Assembly: GCA_964016885.1 (NCBI GenBank)
Contig: OZ024740.1
Location: 305,722,001 to 305,786,000 of the forward strand
Source: Eledone cirrhosa
Taxonomy: Eukaryota
Length of the DNA stretch: 64,000 nucleotides
Reading direction: 5' to 3'
Below the pieces are notes generated by a model. It was not told the DNA's origin and did no database searches. It saw nothing but the letters and a program-made list of their open reading frames with translations. Numbering within the stretch: position 1 is the stretch's first letter; each line of letters starts with the position of its first letter. A program made the position numbers and the translations under genes. Below are positions 16,756 to 30,858 of the stretch, piece after piece.

Positions 16756-17609
16756 GCTTCTACTATAGGCACAAGGCCAGCAAGTTGGGAGTAAGGGAAA
16801 GTCGATTAAATCAACCCCAGTGCATTACTGGTGCTTCATTGTTAATATTGCTGCTATTGTTATTGCGTTCCAGCTCCTACCTTCGTTCATTATCATCATC
16901 ATAATCGTTATTGTTGTTGTTACTGTTGTCTTTGAAATCATTCTTTAGTCCCCATAACCAACACCTCCACCTATATCACCACCACCAACACCGCCGCCGT
17001 TACCAGCTCACCCCTTCCACCATTTTCCCTCCTATCACCATCACCACCACCATTAGCATCACCACATTCCTAAAAAAAAACCCTCCATCATTATCATCAC
17101 CACTAGCCCCCATCATCATCATCGTCGTCATCATCATCATCGTTATCATCACCGTCACCATCACCATCACCATCATCAATATGAAGATCAACACAATTAT
17201 AATTGACATTGCTTCCGAAGAATGTTCGGATTGTAATGGCAAAACAAGCAATTTGTCGTCCTAGAGTCAAAAATTTAATAACAAAGGTGCAAATCCTCCC
17301 TCGCCCCTCCATTCATCTCAGCACCCACCCTACCCGGGTCTTTCTGTTCTCGCAATCGAGATTGCTACATGAGATAGATGAGCACAAGTGGACTGTCTTT
17401 ACATTCACACCCAATTATATACACAATAGATATCTATTGAGGAAGCTTCAACGACAAGTTGACACACAGATTCTCTTTTCTCACGTCTCAAGGAGTAATT
17501 TGTATAGGGTGGTGGTGGTGGTGGTGGAGCGAATGAGTGAATGAGTGAGAGTGACGGTGAGTGGGAGTGTGTGAGAGTATAAGTGAGTGTGAGTGAGTGA
17601 CTGTGTGTA

Positions 17610-17648
<39 letters not shown>

Positions 17649-17734
17649 GTGAGTGAGTGAGTGAGTGAGTGAGTGAGTGAGTGAGTAGATGAGAACATAA
17701 ATGAGTATGAATGAGTGAATGAGTGACTATGTAG

Positions 17735-17800
<66 letters not shown>

Positions 17801-17865
17801 AAGAAAGAGAGAGAGAGAGTGAGTGAGAGCATTAATGAGTAGGAATGGGTGAATTAGTGACTGTG

Positions 17866-17925
<60 letters not shown>

Positions 17926-18444
17926 TGAGTGAGAGCATTAATGAGTAGGAATGGGTGAATGAGTGAATGTGTAAGTGTGAGTGAGTGAGAATGAGTGTGA
18001 GTGTAGGTGAGAGAGGGAGTGAAAGAGTGAGGGGAAGTAAGCGCTGTCACTACGTGGGATTGTAAATTGCAAGATGGCTTTTTCGCTAAGATCATTCTCT
18101 CTCTCCCTCTAATTTCCCTTGCTCTTTCTTCCCTTTCCCCCCTCTCTCTTCAAGCTTCACCACCACCACCGCCGCCACCACTAATATAACCCAACCTTCC
18201 CTACCCCTCAAACTCCACTACCGATATTTTGACCGTTGTCATCTTTTGATATCAACAACAGGGAACGGATGTCTATTTGGAGTTTTATTTGTTTCTTTCA
18301 ATGTTTGACAAAGACAATCCATGTCAAATCACTGACCCTTGACAACCTGCTGATTTCATGGAAACCGCTGACATTTATCTCTTGAGTCCTTTTTTGTTTA
18401 GGATTACAAATAATAACAACTACAACAGCAACAACAACAAAATA

Positions 18445-19160
18445 ATAATTGTTTCTACTTTTGGCCAGCAAATACCCAGTACATTACTGGTACTTTATTT
18501 TATCGACCCCGTAAGGATGAAAGGCAAAGTTAACCTCGGCGGGATTTGAACTCAGAATGGCAAGGGCCGTAACTCTATGCTGCCAATACTGCCAATCCAT
18601 AATAATGGTTTGTGATTTAGGTACTGCAAGGCCTGCACATTTTTTTTTGGGGGGGGGGGGGGGGAGGGGAAAATCGACTAAATCTACCCCAGTGCATTAC
18701 TGGTGCTTCATAAATAATTCTTTCTAACATTGGCACAAGGCCAGTAATTTTGGAGAAAGGAAAGGTCGATTATATCGACTTGTGATAATATAAATAATAA
18801 CCTTAGATTTTAAAAGAGGTATTTAAAATATTTAGATAAACACCACGGCAGGATCACCCCTGCAACTACAGTTGGCCTTCTGCCAACTCAAGGGTAGAAA
18901 CATTTAACATTTTTTTTTCCCCTAAAACAGAAATATGAAAGTAAACAAGGTGAGAATGTGGAGAATGTCACAATGTTTCCATAAATTAAGTTTATGTTCA
19001 AATTTTGATTTACAGCTGGAAGCTTTTTTTTGAAAAGTTAACCTCGTTGGGATTTGAAAAGTTAACCTCGTTGACATTTGAACTCTGAATGTAAAGGGAT
19101 GTAACTATATGCCGTAAAGTATGTTGTCCGACGCTCTACCGATACTGCCAATCCAGCGAT
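18445..19160 (-). mobile_element. Two tRNA-derived SINE copies; the second is interrupted by the 18711-19035 insertion
   Basis: Contains tactttattttatcgaccccgtaaggatgaaaggcaaagttaacctcggcgggatttgaactcag. Confidence 0.85.
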
Positions 19161-19171
19161 TAATAATAATA

Positions 19172-19721
19172 CTTAATGTTTTTTTTTTATGGAAACCCAT
19201 TAAAGAATTCATTTCTATGTTATTGTTGTTATTATTGGCAGTATCGGTAGAGCGTCGGACAACATACTTCGCAGCATAGAGTTACGTCCCTTTACGTTCT
19301 GAGTTTAAATCCCGCCGAGGTTAGCTTTGCCTTTCATCCTTACGGGGTCGATAAAATAAAGCCCCAGTAATGCACTGGGGTCGATTTAATCGACTGGGGT
19401 CGATTTAATCGACTTTCCCCTCACCCCAAATTGCTGGCACAAGGCCAGCAATTTGGCCAGCAATTTGGGGTGAGGGGAAAGTCGATTAAATCGACCCCAG
19501 TCGATTTAATCGACCCCAGTGCATTACTGGGGCTTTATTTTATCGACCCCGTAAGGATGAAAGGCAAAGCTAACCTCGGCGGGATTTAAACTCAGAACGT
19601 AAAGGGACGTAACTCTATGCTGCGAAGTATGTTGTCCGACGCTCTACCGATACTGCCAATAATAACAACAATAACATAGAAATGATTTCTTTAATGGGTT
19701 TCCATAAAAAAAAACATTAAG
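19172..19721. repeat. Near-perfect palindrome (arms about 267 bp, spacer about 17 bp) made of a SINE plus its flank
   Basis: Arms 19172-19438 and 19456-19721 are reverse complements and share private variants. Confidence 0.95.
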
Positions 19722-20019
19722 GATGGTACAGGAAAAAAACATTGAGTGTATGTGTAAGCGAGTGTGTGTGTGTGTGTGTGTACGGGCGTGTATGGGTGTA
19801 TTTGTGAGTTGTGTGGAAAAAGAGAGATAACGAAAACAAAATAAAGTACCAATAAAATGATAAGGAAGGAAATGCGTCAATAGGGTGGGGTCTCCCGGGG
19901 GTCACTCATGGAAAAAAACCTCGTAGAAAAGCCACAGTTAAGGCAAGTGTCTTCAACAAGATTTATTGCACATCTCCAGCAGCAAAAACGGCAGAACTCT
20001 TCAAACTCTTCCTGCTCAA

Positions 20020-21080
20020 CAAGGACTCATACCTATTCGGCAGCTAAATTGGTGGGGAAAGGGCTCAACTAGCAACGCCATTAACAGCTATCAGAGAAGC
20101 AGTGTTGTATTGTAGTGTGTTGGTAAAATCAAGATGCTTAGAGCAGCACCATATGACCATATTGAGAGAGTGCCCGACGTAAAGAATATGTCGCAAGGAC
20201 AAGGCAGTTTGTGGGCGCGGCAGTACTTTTAAAAAGTGAGGCCCTCGTTCTAAAACATACTATGGTCCACTGTCGCAGCAATATTTCGTTCCTTTCTCGT
20301 CCTATTTAGGGAGCAAACTGGTAAGGGTCAGGATTTCGGGGTGTCCTACCGGAGTTCAATATTTGGTAGATCTAGGCCAGCGTTGGCCAGAGGAGGGGTA
20401 GAGTGATACCTTCCTGGACATAATAAGACCTCAATGGGAGAATTGGTCTGGGATCACTTTAGAAATCCTGCACCGGATCAAAACAGAAATCCTGGAAAAG
20501 ATCCCAAAGCAAATGGAATGGAGCTGCATGTTTCACTTGAGGGCAGAAAACCTCAATGTCCTTTATCATGTGATGTCAAACACATAAGATCTTTCTGTTC
20601 CCATAAAAAAAAAACAAAAAAAAAACAAAACAGAAACACGGGATCGTAGATACCAGGACCAAAACAACACCAACGGACAACAACAACAGCATAATCAGTG
20701 GCAGCATTAATGCCAACAGGAGCAACACCAGCAGTAGCAGCAACGTCACCAATATCAGCAACGCTTTACACAATTGTTCGAGGCGAGCGAGGAGTCGGAG
20801 ACTATCGTGGACTGTAGTCCCCCCCTCGACGGCCTATCGTGAATCTCGATTGAATATGCGGGGGTGTTGCGAAAAGCCGATAACAACAGCGTAAATATGG
20901 ACTGCTCTAAGTGATTGTAGACTTGGCAGATATGCCAGACTTATTTACCGATATCTTGGCAGTTGTGAACTGGAACTGGCAGCAGAACGGGAGAATTACT
21001 TGTTCTGTGAGTAGGGGAATAGTAGAACTGATGAGGAAAGATGCGAACAAGGGGAACATAATTGAAATATTTTCGGCCAA
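20020..21080 (+). mobile_element. Old, internally deleted relative of the Tx1/L1-type LINE at 28661
   Basis: ORF1 remnant ENWSG...LHVSLEGRKPQCPLSCDVKHIRSFC; nucleotides 20765-21080 align to 32030-32390 (for example gtgttgcgaaaagccgataac). Confidence 0.8.
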
Positions 21081-21803
21081 CACCTAGCACATATATATAC
21101 CCATAACACATACATAAATCATATATATTCAACACTAGTTACTAAGACAATGAGCTGTTTGAAATGAGATCTATATTACGTATCTTCTCTGGACCTATTA
21201 AGAACTTAGTGGGAGGGGCTATATTTTATATCTGATACGGGCCTATTGCAAATCTTGCACGGAATAGGTTACAGTCGCTTGAATAGATCCAAACATGTTA
21301 TTAGTCCTTATATCATCGACCCTGGAGGGGTCGGATAAAATATAGTTGAATTTGATCTCAGAATACACTAAATACTGTAAGGTATTTATCTCGTGGTCTA
21401 CCGTTTCTGCTTAGGTCACTGTCCTTCTTTCCACTCACAATAACAGCACCAACAACTGCAGCTGCATCAACAGTGACAAAACAATAACGACAGTGCCTAT
21501 GGCAGTCACAATGATGATGAAAGGGATGATGAGAATCATGAAATGATTATACCGATGATGATGATGTGATGGTTAATAAAGGAGAAATATAAAATATCTA
21601 CAATTGCAACAACAACAGTAATAAATAAATAATGAACTTTAAAATATAATAAAAATCTTAACCGAAAAAGAATGAAGATGTTCGCGCGATTGCTATAAAA
21701 GAATAAGCAGACTTGTTCAAAAACTGGAATAAATACCTACTTAAGCGCGCCACTGAAAAGATGTTGACAAGATGGAGAATACGCTGATATTGATTTTTCT
21801 CAC

Positions 21804-21964
21804 CTCCCACATAAAAGAGTTATCATCATGAGTCTTGATTTCGCTAGTGTTGACAATACGTCCTTTAAACGGGCCAAACCTTGTGCCTTTCGATATGACG
21901 GTATTCGTACAAAAGATACCGTAGTGTACCGCCCCTGCAAAGGTCGTCTGATAGATAGCAAGAC
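21804..21964 (-). CDS. PRDM14: PRDM14-like exon, N-terminal half of PR/SET domain
   Basis: Acceptor ctcttttgacAG, donor GAG|GTGAGA, 161 bp, phase 1/0. Encodes GLAIYQTTFAGAVHYGIFCTNTVISKGTRFGPFKGRIVNTSEIKTHDDNSFMWE, matching the PRDM14 signature (RFGPFxGxxVNxSExKTxxDNSxMWE). Confidence 0.93.
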
Positions 21965-22679
21965 CTGTCAAAAGAGAATGACACATCAGATTAGAAAATG
22001 AAATATTCTCCTTCGTTCATGCTGACATGTTATTTGATCACGAATAAAAGCAAAGAAAAAATAAAATTGTAGACAAATCGATAGCTAGCGTCGGCTAATA
22101 GAATCGCTTATGGAACGCCATTTTGGAGTGTTCTGTACGCTGTTGAGTATATCGACATGTGAGTTAATCATCTTTTAACTGTCTGTCAAGTGAATTGTAT
22201 AATAATCTTTAGTGAAGTACATGAGAACGCCAATTGATTTACTCAGCTGCCATTTCACCCTAGCATGACAGCTAAGATGTTTCATTGCTGCAGCGCAAAC
22301 GATAGCCAATTTCATAATTTTATTTAGTTGGTTTTTAAGCTGTCTTTGCATGAATTAGCTGGATTTTTATGGCAAGGTTAAAGAGACCGAATCTTCAGTT
22401 ACTATCATCCAAATTAACCGGTGTCACCAATATATATAACATTATTGACCAGTAAAAGAATGACTTTTGAGATCGGTTACAAATACACAGTTCATAAGGT
22501 CAATTAAATCTAATAATTATGAAATGTCAACTGTTATCATTGTGATTATTTTAGTAATTCTAGTTTATTTGAGAGCTTTCACAATATACTCTCTAGTCCC
22601 AAATAATAGGGAGTGCTGTAGAATAAGTGTGGGGAGGAATGGGTAATCTTTTTAGGTTGTCTCTATTGATGTTTTAAAA

Positions 22680-22830
22680 AAACAGAATTAGTCGTTTAGT
22701 TTACATATTCAGACCCTGTGTTTTCTCCCCCACCTTATATATCCCAGTCTTCAGTTCAACCAACATATGTTCCAAGTTGAGCATCATTTGTGGAGAAGAT
22801 CATGTCGTCAGCAAAGCGTATATGACTATA
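22680..22830 (-). mobile_element. Reverse transcriptase fragment (RTE-like)
   Basis: Translates as IRFADDMIF followed by degenerate sequence. Confidence 0.5.
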
Positions 22831-22835
22831 TAAAT

Positions 22836-22978
22836 CAGGCATGGGAAACCTTTTTCGAGCAGTGGTTCATAATAAGGTGGGCTGTACTACTAAAAAATTC
22901 AAGGCAATTTTGAAATTAAGCATTCAGAAAACCAAATGGGCTGCATGCGGCTCACGGGCTACAGATTGCCCCTGACTG
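22836..22978. mobile_element. hAT (Charlie-like) MITE
   Basis: Imperfect TIRs CAGGCATGGGAAACCT / AGATTGCCCCTGACTG; 8-bp TSD atataaat / atatatat. Confidence 0.65.
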
Positions 22979-22997
22979 ATATATATATACGCTAGTG

Positions 22998-23180
22998 ATA
23001 ATTGTTTCTACTTTTCGCACAAGGTCAGCAATTACCCCAGTGCATTACTGGTACTTTATTTTGTCGACCCCGTAAGGATGAAAGGCAAAGTTAACCTCGG
23101 TGGGATTTGAACTCAGAACGTAAAGGGCCATAACTCTATGCTGCAAAGAATGGTGTCTGACGTTCTACCGATTTTGTCGA
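22998..23180 (-). mobile_element. tRNA-derived SINE
   Basis: Matches the family consensus seen throughout the window. Confidence 0.9.
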
Positions 23181-23633
23181 TGTAACGAGAATATTATCTC
23201 AGTTTAAAAAAAAAAGACGAAGAGATACGATAAATTCTTATTTCTGAGTGTTAAATATGGAAACGTAAAGATAAAAATAAAAATATATAAATAAACATAA
23301 ATGTATGCCAAAAGGACAATAAGTAAGATTTTCCATGCATCAAAATAATACATATGCTACATACATCGATACAGATATGTTTATGTTGGTTCAAGCGCAA
23401 TTTCTTCAGATGGCCTGTTATTTCAGACTTTACTGTTCAAGATTGAAGGCTTAGAAAGAAAATGGCCGATCAAAACACGTAACTATTTATTTTACGATTA
23501 AGGCTAGACTTACAAATCAATTTTCTTATGGGTATTCAATTTATATATCAGTTTTCGTATGAAAATCCGATTAATAAATTGGTTTATTGATTTAAAAACA
23601 AAAGACCAAATTTGCTTGATCTATCTCCTTCAC

Positions 23634-23691
<58 letters not shown>

Positions 23692-24785
23692 GCCCCCCTC
23701 TTTCTCTCTCTCTCTCAAACACATCCACACTCACAAAAATAAAATTAAATATTAAACATAGGTTACACGTAAAATCCATCGCAAGTAAAATCATTTAGTT
23801 AAAACGTATTCACTTAAGGGTAGAACAATCTTGGGAGAAAATCAATAGGTAGAATATCAAAACCTCCATTATCTCAATCATATTTGGTGTAATATGGTAA
23901 CTCCTGATTGAGTCGTAGGGGCGCCGTTGTGACACATGACGTTTCTTGGGCATCTTAAGCCTGGCGGAGCCCATCTCGTACACCAGATGTCTTCCAGAGT
24001 AGGATAGAAAGGGACAGAGAGGAAATGAGAAAGGGATATAGAGGAAGAATCGACCCCGGTACTAGATAGGTTCTTTTTTTATTGACCTCGAATGGATGAA
24101 AGGCAATTTTGACCCCGGCGGAATTTGAACTCAGAGATCAGAGAGCTGGAATGAATAACACATATCCCTCTATCCGACGTTCTAACGACTCTGTTAATTC
24201 GCCGCCGGTTAACCATATTTACCATCTTGTAAAACTTATTAACTGATCAATGCGTTTTGTTGGCCATAATCCTGTATCATGGAATGTTCAAATGGAATCA
24301 TAAGAATGTTCTTGAAAAAACTATTGTAAAAATTATAAGATTGAGAGAGATAAGATATGAAAGTCAATTTTCAAAGGATTACCAATGTTATAAGATAAAA
24401 ATGCAATATATATATATTTATTTTTCAAAAATATCCATGGATATAGTTATCTGTTATACATAAACATATTATGTGAATTATATTTTACAAACAGAAGTTA
24501 TACAATGATAGAACTAATGATGGAAATATGAAAAAAATGATCAAAACAAAATTAAATAATGAAAAGAGGGGGAAGTGGTAAAGAAGGGCAGATCTACCTG
24601 TATAGGAAAGTAGAGGAAAGGACTATAAATGCTATAAATGAGAGGAAAAGGGGGAAAAAAAATCAAGGAATATTAGGGCACATATGAATATAGAACTATC
24701 AATGAGTGTGTTAATTAATTGATCAAACAATTGGAACACTCATCGTCACGAGGAGGAGCCATTTAGGATTTATTTTACGTATGGT

Positions 24786-24892
<107 letters not shown>

Positions 24893-25035
24893 TCACAGAA
24901 AAAAGAGAATCAGTGTTGCGACGAATGGAATTTATTGGACATATTACAATCGTTTCTCTGGCGACCAGCTAGAAGGCACGATCGATTGATGATCGAACCT
25001 GACTCTAAAAATCGCAAGATCATATATATATAACC

Positions 25036-25135
25036 CGTCGAGGTTAACTTTGCCTTTCATCCTTACGGGGTCGATAAAATAAAGTACCAGTAATGTACTG
25101 GGTAATTGCTGGCCTTGTGCCAAACGTAGAAAAAA
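25036..25135 (+). mobile_element. SINE 3' half
   Basis: gaggttaactttgcctttcatccttacggggtcgataaaataaagtaccag... Confidence 0.85.
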
Positions 25136-25848
25136 AATATATATATATATGCATAAAAATAATACACACACACGCGTACACACTTTCAGTGAGGAAACTT
25201 TCTATACATTTTATGACATTGTTTACAAGCACCCTCATGTATGCAGACCCTCTACATGACCAAGACACCCTGCAAAACCCACACATACACACACAGAGGC
25301 ACACACACACACACACACAGAGGCACACACACACACACACAGAGGCACACACATTAATGTATACAAACACACGCATACATAAACACATTCAAACATGCAC
25401 ACAAACACATACATATGCTGCACAGAAACAAACAAATATGCAGACCCTCACAGTACATACACGAGCAGTATATACACACACATACATACTTACATACAAT
25501 ACACAACTACACATTATTCAAACAGGGGTATTACACACACTCACGGATGTTCGTACGGAAATACACACACACACACACACGCACATACACGTACGCACAC
25601 GCACAAACACATGCACGCACGCACACACGCACGCATGTGCACACGCACGCATGTGCACACACACACACCCATGCACACACGCACGCACTCACACACACAC
25701 GCACACACACACACGCATGTACACACACACACACACACTTGCATATATGCACACACACACACTTGCATATATGCACAGACACACACACACACAGACAAAC
25801 ACACGCACGGACACACACACACACACACGCACGCACACACACACGCAT

Positions 25849-25906
<58 letters not shown>

Positions 25907-26279
25907 GCACACGCACACACACACACACACACACACACGCTGACGACATAATACACAAACGAGATGATGAAGGGTTTGAATTGTGTTGTGTTTAAGACAA
26001 GAAGGGGTGAAGAGTTGCAGTGTTTAGATTAGAACTGTATAAGTGATAATTACTAATTCAGACTGAAGCTACTGTGACAATCGTGGGGGTATTATGGGAA
26101 ATGGAGGTAGTGAGAGGGGGGAAAGTGGGAAAATATTTGACGTTCTAATATAGACTAAATACACTGACCATATCGCCCTTCACAGTTTGCTGCTCTTATT
26201 GTTCTCTACACCGCACCACTATGACGTCGATGACGACAACGACTTCGAATACTAACATCACTATCACTACAACCACCAC

Positions 26280-26860
26280 CACTACTACCACCACCACCAC
26301 CACCACTACAACGACGACAACGACGACGATGTCGACGACCGCCGCCGTCGCCGCTGCTGTTACCCACCACCAAAACCACTACCACCGCCACCACCTCCAT
26401 AACCACCACAACCGTCACAACCACCACCACCACTACAACGACGACAACGACGACGATGTCGACGACCGCCGCCGTCGCCGCTGCTGTTACCCACCACCAA
26501 AACCACTACCACCGCCACCACCTCCATAACCACCACAACCGTCACAACCACCACCACCACTACAACGACGACAACGACGACGATGTCGACGACCGCCGCC
26601 GCCGCCGCCGCCGCGCCGCTGCTGTTACCCACCACCAAAACCACTACCATCGCCACCACAACCATCACAACCACCACCACCACCACCACAAACGCCATCA
26701 CCACAAACACCATCACCACAAACACCACCAGCATAACCACCATCACCACCACCACCACCACAAACGCCATCACCACAAACACCATCACCACAAACACCAC
26801 CAGCATAACCACCATCATCACCACCACCACCACTATCACTACCACCGCCACACTACACCA
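26280..26860. repeat. Triplet-based tandem repeat (about 126-bp unit x3, then about 63-bp unit x2)
   Basis: Repeated gatgtcgacgaccgccgcc...gctgttacccaccaccaaaaccac. Confidence 0.85.
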
Positions 26861-26984
26861 CACCGCAAACGCTGCTCCCCTTACTCTATCACTAGTACCT
26901 TTATAATTCTTTCTCAAAATTCACCAAATGATAAAACCAAACAAGCTTTACCTCTCTCCCTCCCTTCCCCCAACACACACACAC

Positions 26985-27018
<34 letters not shown>

Positions 27019-27249
27019 CACATGAACAATAACAAATAATAATAAAAGACAAAATAGAAATCTATAATGTTATAAAGAAGTAAATGTAAGAAATATAAAT
27101 GAACAAAATGGCGACGTATGGATAAAATGTCTCTTTTACTGATTATTTTAATATTCCCTTTCGCTGTCTTTGTCTTTCCTCTTCTCTATTCATCTCTTTC
27201 CCCCACACCAGTACTTTACTCCGCTATCCTTTCCTCCTTTTTCTATCTG

Positions 27250-27319
<70 letters not shown>

Positions 27320-28578
27320 TTCCTTCTTTCATTCTTTCTTTCTTAATTTCTTTCTCCCCCCTCTCTCCCCTCTCTCCCCCTCCCACCCTTTATTTCTTTC
27401 TCTCTCTCCCTGTTTTTACTTCTCTCTCTCTTTGTTTTTACCTCTCTCTCTCTATGTTTTTACTTCTCTCTCTGTGTTTTTACTTCTCTTTCTCTCTGTT
27501 TTTACCCCCCTCTCTCTCTTTCCCACTGTATTTCTATTTCCTGCTCACATTTCTTTCTGTCTTTCCCCACTTTCCTTCTCATTTTCACCCCCTTTTTCTT
27601 TACTCGTTACTTTTCTTATTTCCTTCTCTTTCTCTTTCCCTATCTCCTTTCCCTTCTCTTTATCTATCTCGTTCCCCACTCTTTCTCTTTCTCATTCCTT
27701 GCTCTTTCCATCTCTCTTCTCTGCATACACCGACTTCCAGTCCGACTTTTCACACGACGACATTAAACAGTGACATACTATCTTCGTAATCAGAGTCTAG
27801 CCTCTTCGCTTCTAATTTATATGCAAAATCTCGCCCATCAATTGTCGGCCATGTTTGAACACTATCAATAGAACTGCATTAATTCTTGTCCAATATCCCA
27901 TTTGATCTCGTCCTAGCGTGATTATCGCCGCTAACATTATACAATTACCCAATGGATGGGCTGTAATTCCTAAATAATTTCGTGCCGTTGCTGACACAAA
28001 TTATACAGAGACAACAATCACGCCATGAGAAGCAGTCCGTCGTCCATTCAATGTTGTGTTGACCGAATCCCAGGTGGTGCCGGTTTTTAGAACCAGATCT
28101 CGTCTCTGCACATTGAATATCCATCGGGCGTTCTTATTATCTCGCCCAGCACAATAAAGTGATAGCGAAAACCGTTATTATTCTCTGTATGTCAGCAAAA
28201 CAACGATTAAAACAACGAAACTAAAAACAAAAATCTAAATAACAAACAAAAATAAAGCAGAAAAAGAAATTTGCATTAAGCGTGGAGTGCTCTAGAAATC
28301 GGAAATATGATAAAACAAGGTAACTTTCTCGTTTCGTTCGCGCTTGGAGAGGTTTCCCCATCTCATTAGCTATGGAACTTAACGTTTACCTTCAGGGAGG
28401 TCTAGGTTTATATAATTCTCGACATAAGTATACATAGATAGCTGTGAAGTCTTTTCATTCAATTGGTACACGATTTAGATATTTAGATGGTATTAGTCTT
28501 GTTGAAGTAGTTGTAATTGTTGTTATTGTTCTAGTAGTAGTAACCGTAGTTGTTGTTGCTCTATTATTATTATTTTTA

Positions 28579-28658
28579 TTGGATTGGCAATATCGGTAGT
28601 GGGTCGGACGCCATGCTTTTCAGCATAGAGTTATGTCCCCTTTATGCTCTGAGTTCAA

Positions 28659-28660
<2 letters not shown>
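28579..28660 (+). mobile_element. SINE 5' half (tRNA-like head, ending at the B-box), split by the LINE insertion
   Basis: ggattggcaatatcggtag...tctgagttcaaat; the SINE resumes at 33704. Confidence 0.85.
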
Positions 28661-28694
<34 letters not shown>

Positions 28695-28908
28695 GGCGAC
28701 TTACGTAGGAAATCGTATTATCGTGAGCTCCGCAAAGGTTTGTTGTTTTCAGTTGTTTCAAATTGCCATTTATGGAAAAATTTTGTTGTTAAGTGTTTAT
28801 AAGGTCACATATATTGCTTTCGGAAAAGGACACTCAAAAAGATTTGGGCCTTGAGCCCAAAATTTAAACTTTTATAATTATCAAACAAAAAATTTATTTG
28901 AAAAAAAC

Positions 28909-30546
28909 ATGGACGACTCACAGCTACACCAAGCTGACAGCCTTCCTCACAAACTAACACTTCACACCAACACCACCATTGTAAATATTACTACGTTTGC
29001 CAACACTAAAAATATAAGCAGTAACAATAATTTAAATTTGTCTCATGCAGACATTCATTTCCCGCCATTACCAAAAACTGCAGGTGTTGAAGCCGCCACC
29101 CTCACCACCACCACAGCGACAACAGAAACAAAAGAAAAAAATAAATTATTATCTCGTGACGTCGAAATGGATTCACCCAGAATCGACTCTTCCACACCGA
29201 ACACCACTGACGCCACCACCACCACCACCACCACCACAACTAAAACTAAAAATAACAATAACCAAAATAACGATAACAACAACATCAACAACAACAATGA
29301 GAATAAGAAAACCACCCTAACTTTTGCCAGAGTAGCAAAAAAGTGCGAAGCAATCCAGGTAACTCAGGAGGAATTAGAAGAAGCCAAAAGAATGGTAAAG
29401 AAAGATGGGTACAGGGTCAGCCTCACCTTCCCATCTAATAAAATGGAGCATCGGAGGATTAACATAAAATCGCACCGAGTGGAACGAGCATCTGAGTCCC
29501 AAATCCAAAAAGCTTTGGGACATGTGTGGGCAAAAAAACCCCACATCAGACGTGGGCAGAAATATGGAATCGTGGACGTGTTCTTTGGAACACCACAGGA
29601 GGCCAGAGAGCACTCCATGGCCCCATTAAGAAATGACGACTTCACACTCGTCCCAAGCTATTGTGTCCAGAGACTCGTGAAGATCAGGGTGACCCACGTT
29701 CCACCGGCCATCGAAATTCCCTGGCTAATGGCTGCCGTCCTCGCCGGCATCGAGGCCAACACCAAAATAATTGAAATATCAAAAGAAAAGCAGGAGAACT
29801 GGTCCGGATCTGGGATGGAGATCCTGATCCAAGCGAACCAAAAAAAGCATTGAGGAAATCCCAGAGGTTATAGACCTCACTGACGGCAGCCACCTCACCG
29901 TAATCGTCGAGGGTAGAAGGCCTAGGTGTGTCGTTTGTGGTGAAGGAACCCACCTAAAGGCTTTCTGCCCTCAGGCTAAAAGGTTGAGGCCACCTCTCTT
30001 ACCCACCCCAGTGACTCAACCATCAACACCACCAGCAGCAGAAATGGCAGCAACAACTGTAGCAGCAACAACCACAGCAACAGTAGAAAAACAAACACCA
30101 CCACCACCCAACGCACCAGAACTAGCACCAGCGCCTACACCATCCACCACGCCACAACCAAAACCAACGCCTGTGGAGGATTTTCCACTCCCCGACCTAT
30201 CGCAACTGGAGACAGATTGTGACGACGAGGAGTGGGAAACGGTATCAGGAAAAAAGAAAAAAAGAAAAAGAAGCCAAAAAAGAAAAAAATCCTCTTCCTT
30301 CCCCCTCCAAAAATCAAAATACAGAAGGAAACAAATAAACTATCAAACAAAAAAGTTAGGACAGCTATGCCACCATCCACACCAGCATCACCAACCCCAT
30401 CACCACAAACACTAACACCATCACCATTAACCCCAACACCACCATCGCCAACACCACAGAAGTCACCAAAAAGCGAAACAGAAACAAACCCACAACAAAC
30501 GCAAACAAAAAAAACAACCAAAACGATACACACTGCACAGCATTAA
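28909..30546 (+). pseudogene. LINE ORF1 (gag-like), frameshifted
   Basis: A +1 frameshift in the A-run at about 29845 restores ...IEEIPEVIDLTDGSHLTVIVEGRRPRCVVCGEGTHLKAFC (CX2CX4HX4C). It continues into a Pro/Thr-rich region and EEWETVSGKKKKRK, with a further shift near 30300. Confidence 0.85.
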
Positions 30547-30858
30547 ATTTGAACAACAACCAACTATTACACTACATCCAACACAACACCAGCATCACAG
30601 AAAAAGACTACACAACACCCCAAAAGTTCACACCACTTCCATACATACAAATCACTCGCATCACACAGAAAACGTACACGACACTAAAACAAAAATTCCC
30701 CAAAGACATCGGAGACTTCCGACAAGCACTCTCCAGGAGGATTTATAAGGACATCCTTCCGGAGGAGGCCACAAGCAGTGAAAAGGAATGAGAAACCATC
30801 CTTCCTCTAAGAGAAGTAAGGTAAGTGGTCTTTCCCATCTTTTCCACTCCATTTCAAC

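Noticed and set aside
23810-24000. GC-richer stretch as an extra exon
   Set aside because: No recognisable protein, and the flanking exons already join seamlessly (LELPE-G-LAIY).
29840-29853. Programmed frameshift in LINE ORF1
   Set aside because: A single extra A in a homopolymer of an element with other lesions; mutation or sequencing error is the simpler explanation.
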